From Candidatus Omnitrophota bacterium (GTDB taxonomy: Bacteria > Omnitrophota > Gorgyraeia > 2-01-FULL-45-10), in assembly GCA_023818895.1 (NCBI GenBank), contig JAMWCX010000002.1, positions 30,001 through 62,000 on the forward strand: a stretch of 32,000 bases of DNA. Direction: 5' to 3'. The position numbers and the translations under genes were made by a program. Shown one piece after another: positions 7,849 to 14,726 of this stretch. The notes beneath the pieces are model-generated. The model saw nothing but the letters and a program-made list of their open reading frames with translations. It was not told the DNA's origin and did not search any database. Numbering within the stretch: the first letter of the stretch is position 1; each line of letters opens with the position of its first letter.

Positions 7849-8955
7849 CTACTTTTCCCATATACCGGCGATTTTATACCCACAATATGCGCACTTGCCA
7901 TCTTTAAGGCCATTCGGCCGCGTGGTATAGCCGAGCCGCTCTATTACCATCTTACCACAATTCGGGCAGTATGTGTTTTCATGTGGATTGCCGGGAACAT
8001 TGCCTATGTAAACGTAATTCAATCCGGCATCTTTGGCTATTTTATACGCCTCTTCGAGTTTCTCCGCCGGCGTAGGAGGAAGGTTCTGAAGCCTGAATGC
8101 GGGCATGAAACGGCTGAAATGGAGGGGCACGTCTTCTCCGAGATTATCCTTTATCCATCTGCACATCTTCCTTATCTCTTCCGGACTATCGTTCTGGCCC
8201 GGGATCAGGAGGTTGGTTATCTCAAGCCAGACGCCTTCCTCCTTTACAATTTTAAGCGTATCGAGGACAGGCTGAAGCTCTGCATCCGCGTTCATCCTCC
8301 TGTAAAATTCCGGATTGAAGCTTTTCAGGTCGACATTCACGGCGTCCATGTACTTGAGGAGTTCTCTGAGAGGCTCGGGATTTATGTACCCACAGGTGTG
8401 CATGCAGTTCTTAAGGCCGCCTTGCCTGGCGAGCTTCGCCGTATCGAGCATGTATTCATAAAAGACGGTTGGCTCGGTATATGTATAGGATATAAACGGA
8501 GAGGCTGCCTTTATAGCGTCTTCCACAACTTTTTCAGGAGGAAGATCGTAGGCAGCAACGTCATCCGGCCGTGCCTGTGATATCTGCCAGTTCTGGCAAA
8601 ATAGGCATCGCATATTGCAACCTGCGGTAGCGATTGAAAATGCAGTTGTGCCGGGATAGACGTGAAAGAAAGGCTTCTTTTCGATGGGATCAACGTGAAC
8701 CGCCACCGGATTTCCGTATCCGAGCGTATAGAGAAGCCCGTCACGGTTTTCGCGGACTGTACATATCCCCCTCTGACTGGGCGCGAGCACACACCGGCGG
8801 GGACACAGGATGCATTGGACTATCTTGCCTTTTACAATATTCCAGTAGCTTGCAACACGGGGCAAAGCCTTTGAGGATTGGTAGGAATAAATGATCTCCG
8901 AACAAAGAGATGCCCCAAGGATCGCAATAAAGGAAACTGTTAGTAATTTTTTCAT
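7849..8955 (-). CDS. AmmeMemoRadiSam-type radical SAM enzyme (PflA-like activase fold) with N-terminal hydrophobic signal-anchor
   Basis: Cx3Cx2C cluster motif (CNMRCLFCQNW) and an upstream Cys-rich segment (CILCPRRCVLAPSQRGICTVRENRDG). It also has HVDPIEKKPFFH and a C-terminal CxxC...CxxC ribbon (YCPNCG...GKCAYCG). All of these are characteristic of this family as I remember it. The first 25 aa (MKKLLTVSFIAILGASLCSEIIY) form a hydrophobic helix. Confidence 0.8.
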   Translation of the reverse strand: MKKLLTVSFIAILGASLCSEIIYSYQSSKALPRVASYWNIVKGKIVQCILCPRRCVLAPSQRGICTVRENRDGLLYTLGYGNPVAVHVDPIEKKPFFHVYPGTTAFSIATAGCNMRCLFCQNWQISQARPDDVAAYDLPPEKVVEDAIKAASPFISYTYTEPTVFYEYMLDTAKLARQGGLKNCMHTCGYINPEPLRELLKYMDAVNVDLKSFNPEFYRRMNADAELQPVLDTLKIVKEEGVWLEITNLLIPGQNDSPEEIRKMCRWIKDNLGEDVPLHFSRFMPAFRLQNLPPTPAEKLEEAYKIAKDAGLNYVYIGNVPGNPHENTYCPNCGKMVIERLGYTTRPNGLKDGKCAYCGYKIAGIWEK

Positions 8956-8988
8956 TTATGCGGCAGCGCCGTCATAAACTGACCGTCG

Positions 8989-11850
8989 TCACTCCCTACT
9001 CCATGTTCCGATAGCTGAACCCTCAAAGGTGCCAGAAGGCGTAACGTTATCGATGGTATTAATCACACCCGATGCTACACCCGTTATATTTCTAGAAACA
9101 AGATCGGCATCGACCACGGTTCCGCTAACGTTTGCCTGCCAAGTATTGCCATCCCATTGTGTGCCGGTCAGCGTAATGGAGGAAGCCGGATTTGTTAACA
9201 GATTTTCCACAACTACTGACCACAGAGCCCCGCCTCCAGAGAAATCTCCGGATATATGGGCTGCCCAGACACCGTTAGATGCACCTGCGATCGTCTCATA
9301 AAGGCGCATGTCCATGAAGACGTTTGTAATACTGCCGGCTCCTCCGCTGAAATAGCCGTTTCCTGTCAATGATATGCTTGCCGCCTCTGTTATGGGGACC
9401 GAGATCCAACCGTTATTGTATACATTCTGCACCTGGGATGTTATCGTAGCCATGTCCTGAATGACCGTATTATCATATACCTCAGCCCATTCGCCGCAAC
9501 CGACCGCTTGCCATGTGCCTGTTTGGCCGGGATCCACATCTACGTAATTTCCAAGGACCCTTCCTTCTCGCAGAGCGAAGACCTTAATACAGCCGTCCTC
9601 CGAAAGGGAAAGAGAAAAACCTTCACTCTCGCCACTAAGCCCGTTAGCGCCCCAATTAGCGATTGAAAGATACTGCATCCATACGCCGTCTTTAAACTCG
9701 TCGTCTTCACTAGTCCCTGCCAACTGCATCACCCATCCGCCTAAAACATCTCTATACGAACCAGCAAAACGCGATGCCCAAATACCCCATCCCGGCTCCG
9801 GTGAAAGATCGAACGAGGCCGCAAAACCATCAACCAGTCTGGCTGTCACCTCAGAACCGTCGCCAAGATCAGCATATCCTTTACCAGAGAGACTGCCGTT
9901 GTCTTTTATAGATGTATAAAGCTCTTCCGGCAATATACCAAAAGGATCACCGCTATGTGAAGCCGTTGAATAGACCTGATGGACCCAGAAAGATGAGCCC
10001 TGATCCAGCGTAAAAGCGGTTGTATTATCACCTTCCGCCTTGCCGAAGAGCGTCCCCGCATTGCCAGCCGAATCCACATATAGTCCTATTGCCAGCATTT
10101 TTATAAGGCCGCCAACACCTCCGTCTATCGTTCCTCCCATAACACAATAATATGCTCCGCCGTCAGAAGTTGTATATGCCGCCGTGTTGCTATCATAGCT
10201 AAAAAGGTCATCCGTCGTCCATATGTGATATTGCCCGCTACTATCGGCGGCATCATAATTTCCTGACAACATGACCTCAACCGGATAATATTCCGAGGTA
10301 GCCGTCCATAATAAAGTATAATCGTTAGGGTCGTTTATGTCGGGACCTTCCGCGCTGAAGTCATACATGCCGCCACCGTCGTTGACAAGGTAAGGGTCAC
10401 CTTGGGCATCGAGTGATGCGTAAAAAAAGTCACCAACTTTGTCGATGTGCTGAACCTCATCTGTAACCTGATCTAATATGCTCGAATCGGCCTCCGTGAT
10501 AGGGACGTTAACCACATCGGTATCAACGGTATCGGACTCAGAAGTGTCAACTGTATCGGTTAAACTGGCAATCTCGCTTGCCACACCTCCGGCAAGACCC
10601 GCATCCGCCAGTGCGCTACCATCCGTTCCCCCGTCAGCATCACTGGTCCCGCCGCTCGGATCGAACCCTTCGTCCATAGCAGCGCGGTCTTCTTCGCTCG
10701 GTGCCTCAGTCTGCGTTATAGAACCGGTAGAATCGACGGTTGTGCCACCGCCGGCACCGACCTCCATAGTTTCGCCTGTGACGAGGCTGGTTGCATAACC
10801 GTTACCACCTTCGAAAAATGAGCTTGTCGCACCATTCGCCGCTATATGTACCAGCATGATGGTCCCGCGCGCGCCACAGATGGCCGTCGGGGTCTTGACC
10901 TCGAATTTTGATTTTCCTTTAAGCCCTTCTATTCGAGCCTTAACTCCGCCGCGCTCCGCCTCAAACAAATTCTCAAACTCGCCGGTTTTAGAATCGACGA
11001 CGAGCTTCAATATCGTAATATGTGTGTCGGGCTTAAGGTAAAGGGCATTGCCGTTATCGAAGGCTATCTCGACAATCCCATTCGAGCCAGTTGTAACCTT
11101 ATCACCCTCGCCCAGAACCTCGCCCTGTCTGGCCTGGTGAGGCTCTGCTACACCCCTGCTAGTAACCTTGACATCGCCGGTCAGTTTCGTGATGGTTCCC
11201 TTTATGGAAGATGCGCCTTTCCTTGCCGCTATAGTCTCCGGTATATTTGTGTCCTGCTCGTGAAACTTAAGTTCCATGTCCATGTATCTGCGTGGCCCCT
11301 TCGGCGCGTCTTCAAGCGGGATAACAACCGCGCTTCCGGCGGGGACGCTGACAACTTCCTGCGGCTTTAAATTATTGGACACAGAAAGGATCCCTTCTTC
11401 GACCAGCATGCCGCTGTTTCCGGCCTGATAGTATGCGAATATGTCCGACCCTTTAACGACACCGGTGGAATTAGGCGTCGATATCCTGAACTCAGAAGAG
11501 TCTTTCATCTTGGCTATGATGGTTCTGAATTTGCCCCTTTCAAGCCTTAATTCCGCGCTCTTCCTATTATTATGCTGGTCGAGAGTATAATCCAATATAT
11601 CGACTTTCGAATTCTGCGCTATCCTCATAACCGTTCTATCCGCAAAAATCACTTCCGCCTTGGAATTGGACTTGGTCCTGATGGAATCACCCACATTGAT
11701 GAGTGCACCATCAACTGCGGGAGTACCTTTATCGGAACCTGAGGTAAATATATCGACCCTGCCTTCCGTATAGGTAATCTTACCAACTTCAGCAGCCATT
11801 GCAGCTGAAGCAAGGGCGACGATAAAAACATAAATGAGAAGTGTCCGCAT
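8989..11850 (-). CDS. large secreted protein with two N-terminal FecR domains and a C-terminal domain of unknown function
   Basis: I prefer the start at ATG 11850 (MRTLLIYVFIVALASAAMA|AEV, a Sec signal with AGGAGG RBS) over the ORF-track start at 11910, which overlaps the upstream gene. There are two FecR-like modules (GKITYTEGRVDI...GDSIRTKSNSKAEVIFADRTVMRIAQNSKV and GTITKLTGDVKV...GDKVTTGSNGIVEIAFDNGNALYLKPDTHI). An acidic D/T/S/G linker follows, then about 480 aa rich in G/S/T/D/W/Y. Confidence 0.75.
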   Translation of the reverse strand: MRTLLIYVFIVALASAAMAAEVGKITYTEGRVDIFTSGSDKGTPAVDGALINVGDSIRTKSNSKAEVIFADRTVMRIAQNSKVDILDYTLDQHNNRKSAELRLERGKFRTIIAKMKDSSEFRISTPNSTGVVKGSDIFAYYQAGNSGMLVEEGILSVSNNLKPQEVVSVPAGSAVVIPLEDAPKGPRRYMDMELKFHEQDTNIPETIAARKGASSIKGTITKLTGDVKVTSRGVAEPHQARQGEVLGEGDKVTTGSNGIVEIAFDNGNALYLKPDTHITILKLVVDSKTGEFENLFEAERGGVKARIEGLKGKSKFEVKTPTAICGARGTIMLVHIAANGATSSFFEGGNGYATSLVTGETMEVGAGGGTTVDSTGSITQTEAPSEEDRAAMDEGFDPSGGTSDADGGTDGSALADAGLAGGVASEIASLTDTVDTSESDTVDTDVVNVPITEADSSILDQVTDEVQHIDKVGDFFYASLDAQGDPYLVNDGGGMYDFSAEGPDINDPNDYTLLWTATSEYYPVEVMLSGNYDAADSSGQYHIWTTDDLFSYDSNTAAYTTSDGGAYYCVMGGTIDGGVGGLIKMLAIGLYVDSAGNAGTLFGKAEGDNTTAFTLDQGSSFWVHQVYSTASHSGDPFGILPEELYTSIKDNGSLSGKGYADLGDGSEVTARLVDGFAASFDLSPEPGWGIWASRFAGSYRDVLGGWVMQLAGTSEDDEFKDGVWMQYLSIANWGANGLSGESEGFSLSLSEDGCIKVFALREGRVLGNYVDVDPGQTGTWQAVGCGEWAEVYDNTVIQDMATITSQVQNVYNNGWISVPITEAASISLTGNGYFSGGAGSITNVFMDMRLYETIAGASNGVWAAHISGDFSGGGALWSVVVENLLTNPASSITLTGTQWDGNTWQANVSGTVVDADLVSRNITGVASGVINTIDNVTPSGTFEGSAIGTWSRE

Positions 11851-11860
11851 TTTAAACCTC

Positions 11861-13399
11861 CTAAAATTTGAAATTGACGCCTGCGCTGTAAATGTTGCGC
11901 GTGTATTCATAGACGCTTATGTTGGAATCGTCCTGCACATGGGTATATTGAAGCCTGATCTCGGAGTCCTTGTAAAATTTATATGCGGCAAGAGCCGATA
12001 AGGTATAGACCTGGTCATGTCTGTAAACACCGTAAACAGAATTGGTCCTTGTGAAGTTCTCGAAAAACATATCACCTGAAACGGTGAGGTTTAGCTTGTC
12101 AAATTTTGGCAGAATTAGTGAGGAAGGAATAAGAAGGACAACGGTCGCCCTGTTGCCGATATAGTTCCAGTTATTTCCTTCGGTCCATTCACGATTAAGA
12201 CCATAACGCACGTTGAAGAAACCCCTATTCTTGTCGAAAAACATGTACCATGCAAGCGTACCCCCGAGATAATTCGATGTGCGGTTCTCCTGCGGTATGC
12301 TCGGCCCCCACAGGTAATCCTTATACTGGTAAAGCATTGTAAGTTGCCCCATATTCCAGTCGTTCAGCATATAGTTATAAACGCCGGCAGCCGAAGGCAT
12401 GGAAAGATATGCCTTGTCATTTACAAGGTAATGGTTGTAGCCGAGTGGAAATGACAACATGTGTCTTTCGCGAGTAAATGTCGGCTGGGCGATGAAGGAA
12501 TTGACGACGGTATCGTAGAATCCGAGGTCGTTCTGCTTCGCCCAGTAGAATGAATACTGCCCCCTCAGGCTGAACACGTCGTTGGCGCGCCACGTATATT
12601 CCGCCTGCGCGGTCGTGACCTCGCGGGAGTCGGCCTTATCGGAAATGCCGACCGCCAGAGTATCCTCGTTCGGCATCAGGACTACATTGTCATCATACTC
12701 CCACGCTATGCCGGCCTGAATCTTCAATGGCCTTGTTACTTCTTCGGTTCTGGCTATGGCGTTTATGTATTCATTGGCGTAATTCGCCATAGTGGAATTG
12801 GGGTCAGTTATTATGACCTGCTTGAACACCTCACGTGCCTCGCTGAATTTCTTAAGCCGGATATTGGCCATTCCGATCTGATAACTACAAGCCTGGCTCA
12901 TCGACGGATCTATCCGCTCAGCCTTTCTAAAGGATTCGATCGCTTCAGCTGGCTTGTCGCTTTTCATCAGGATCAGTCCTTTAAGGAATGCGACCTGCGC
13001 AGGCCGGATGTCTTGAGCTTCGGCTTCGGCTATCCATTTGTAGGCCTCCTCGAAATCGCCAGCCTGGCCGAGGCAGTCTATGAGCTCTACAAGCGCACCT
13101 TTGATCTTGGGCGAGTATGTCACGGCGTCCCGCAAATTTGGTATCGCGGACTTATAATCCTGCATTTTTTTATAGGTTAGGCCTGTATAATAAGCGGCGA
13201 TCGTAGAACGGGGCTGTTCCTGCCTGACTTTCTTTAAAAGCGCGAGGGCCTCTTCATAGTTTTCGTGCTTATATTGACCTATCGCCTTTTCAAGGACAGG
13301 ATTTGACTTCTCATTTTCCTGCGCACCAACAATAAGGTTCAATTGCAGAGCTATTATTACCGAAAAGCCGATTGTCACAAATGCTATACGTTTTAGCAT
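11861..13399 (-). CDS. outer-membrane protein with N-terminal TPR domain and C-terminal beta-barrel
   Basis: I prefer the start at ATG 13399 (MLKRIAFVTIGFSVIIALQLNLIVGAQE, GGAGG RBS). About 5-6 TPR-like helical pairs span roughly aa 30-225. About 14 alternating-hydrophobic strands follow, and the protein ends in the OMP-type terminus ...YSAGVNFKF. Confidence 0.7.
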   Translation of the reverse strand: MLKRIAFVTIGFSVIIALQLNLIVGAQENEKSNPVLEKAIGQYKHENYEEALALLKKVRQEQPRSTIAAYYTGLTYKKMQDYKSAIPNLRDAVTYSPKIKGALVELIDCLGQAGDFEEAYKWIAEAEAQDIRPAQVAFLKGLILMKSDKPAEAIESFRKAERIDPSMSQACSYQIGMANIRLKKFSEAREVFKQVIITDPNSTMANYANEYINAIARTEEVTRPLKIQAGIAWEYDDNVVLMPNEDTLAVGISDKADSREVTTAQAEYTWRANDVFSLRGQYSFYWAKQNDLGFYDTVVNSFIAQPTFTRERHMLSFPLGYNHYLVNDKAYLSMPSAAGVYNYMLNDWNMGQLTMLYQYKDYLWGPSIPQENRTSNYLGGTLAWYMFFDKNRGFFNVRYGLNREWTEGNNWNYIGNRATVVLLIPSSLILPKFDKLNLTVSGDMFFENFTRTNSVYGVYRHDQVYTLSALAAYKFYKDSEIRLQYTHVQDDSNISVYEYTRNIYSAGVNFKF

Positions 13400-13455
13400 T
13401 GGTGAATACCTCCATATAATAGTAGCTATTACATTTTTGGCTGGTAAGTTACGTA

Positions 13456-13485
13456 AGTATATCATAATATTTATAATGGTGTCAA
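13456..13485 (-). promoter_or_regulatory. sigma70-like promoter for the TPR-barrel gene and downstream genes
   Basis: Minus strand reads TTGACA (13485-13480), 18 nt, TATACT (13461-13456). It lies just downstream of the terminator at 13521-13557 and about 55 nt upstream of ATG 13399. Confidence 0.45.
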
Positions 13486-13520
13486 TTTTTTTCCTGATTT
13501 TTCTCTGCCTAACTAATATT

Positions 13521-13557
13521 AAAAAAGACGGCTTCCAACACGCACTGGAAGCCGTCT
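13521..13557 (-). terminator. rho-independent terminator
   Basis: Perfect 12-bp stem (13526-13537 pairs with 13546-13557; AGACGGCTTCCA/TGGAAGCCGTCT) with an 8-nt loop. A U5 run follows on the minus strand. It starts 24 nt after the YD-repeat gene stop. Confidence 0.8.
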
Positions 13558-13580
13558 CCATTCTTGCTTGGAACCTGTCT

Positions 13581-14561
13581 TTATTTCTGCTGTTGATCCT
13601 CTCTCAAAGGTTTCGGCTGCTCTGCCATAGTAGCCGTTACAGCGACATTGGTTGGTACCTGGTTCGCTTGAGTGGTAACAGTATCTTGCACAGCCATAGC
13701 GCCTTCTAAATCGGCATTAATTACCCTCTGTGCAGCTGGAGCAAGCGTTGGCGCGCTTGGCACATCTTCAATACCCTCATAAACGATCTGCTGGCGATCT
13801 ATCACGCCACCGCTTGAGTCGTAGGTTAAGATGGTCATCCGCGTGGGGTTTCCTGCAATACCGAAGGCCTCGTTGGTGATATTCTGGATAATAAGAAGGT
13901 CGCCGGCCGCATCGTAGGTCGAGACTTTCTGCTGGGTCACCCTGCCGTATTCGTCGACGGCCAGGTTCTCGGTCTGGATTTTTTGGGCGAGGTTTCCTTC
14001 AGCGTCGTATGTGTATACAACCTGAATCTGGTCAAGGGACGCAAGCTCATTATAGCCGTAGTGCGTGTAGTCATTTGAGATAACCTGCTTCTCCTTAAGA
14101 AGCTCGCCGTCTGCTGCATAAGAAAGAACTGTCATCCGGGTTGGCCTTCCGTATTCATCATAGGAGTCGTAGGTGATGAGCCTCCTTTCAAGAAGCTCGC
14201 CTTCAGGGGTATAATCGGCAATGGTTTTTTCCAGGACTCTTCCGAAGAAGTCGTATTTGACGGACTCCACGTTGGTGCCCATAGCCTCCGCCCTATTATT
14301 GAGGGTGGTGATCTTCTGGCTTATCACTCTACCCTGCTCATCCAATGCGATGTCGTCGAATATTTTGATGTCGATCAAGACTCGGTTACCCTTCTCATCG
14401 GTGTAGTAGTTGACATTTAAAAGAATCTTTGACATTCTCTGTCTCATCGCTTCCTCTACAGACGAAAGCCACCATTCATCATTTTCCTGAGCATTGAGAA
14501 TAGCCATTGCCGATGGAACAAGCATTGTTAATAATATCAGTATTATTATTTTTGCTTTCAT
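13581..14561 (-). CDS. small secreted YD(Rhs-type)-repeat protein
   Basis: Sec signal (MKAKIIILILLTMLVPSAMA) and GGAGG RBS. About 12 consecutive beta-hairpin repeats match the YD consensus (YTYDAEGNLAQK, STYDAAGDLLI, LTYDSSGGVIDR, YDEYGRPTRMT, VDEYGRVTQQK, SYAADGELLKEK, YTPEGELLERR). The C-terminal tail is P/A/Q/T-rich and low in complexity. Confidence 0.7.
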   Translation of the reverse strand: MKAKIIILILLTMLVPSAMAILNAQENDEWWLSSVEEAMRQRMSKILLNVNYYTDEKGNRVLIDIKIFDDIALDEQGRVISQKITTLNNRAEAMGTNVESVKYDFFGRVLEKTIADYTPEGELLERRLITYDSYDEYGRPTRMTVLSYAADGELLKEKQVISNDYTHYGYNELASLDQIQVVYTYDAEGNLAQKIQTENLAVDEYGRVTQQKVSTYDAAGDLLIIQNITNEAFGIAGNPTRMTILTYDSSGGVIDRQQIVYEGIEDVPSAPTLAPAAQRVINADLEGAMAVQDTVTTQANQVPTNVAVTATMAEQPKPLREDQQQK

Positions 14562-14726
14562 TTTATTTTCCTCCGCAAGTTTGGCACTTCTTAAATGTGA
14601 TTAGTAAATAGGCAAAAAAATTTTCCTTTCCAGATTTGCTATTTGCCTTTTTGTGGCCTCTACTATAAGATTACCTAATACTTAATATTTTGGCAACAAG
14701 ATATTTGTTACTTTTTAATATCTTAA

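Noticed and set aside
7792-8580. 262-aa plus-strand ORF
   Set aside because: It is entirely antisense to the radical SAM gene, whose translation carries unmistakable family motifs. The plus-strand product is low in complexity, R/F/I-rich and has no recognisable motif or RBS. It is a shadow ORF.
11851-11910. 20-codon 5' extension of the FecR-domain ORF (track start 11910)
   Set aside because: The extension overlaps the end of the upstream barrel gene and lacks an RBS. The internal ATG at 11850 has an AGGAGG RBS and immediately begins a canonical signal peptide.
13400-13561. 54-codon 5' extension of the TPR-barrel ORF (track start 13561)
   Set aside because: The extension runs through the terminator hairpin and the promoter-like elements. 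ATG 13399 has a GGAGG RBS and starts a signal peptide.
14582-14598. TGGCAC sequence resembling a sigma54 -24 element
   Set aside because: It is on the plus strand, where there is no downstream gene, and no TTGC element follows at the required spacing.
14698-14724. 8-bp AT-only hairpin (AAGATATT/AATATCTT) just after the recJ stop
   Set aside because: The stem is entirely A/T, the loop is 11 nt and no U-tract follows on the minus strand. That is not enough to call a terminator.
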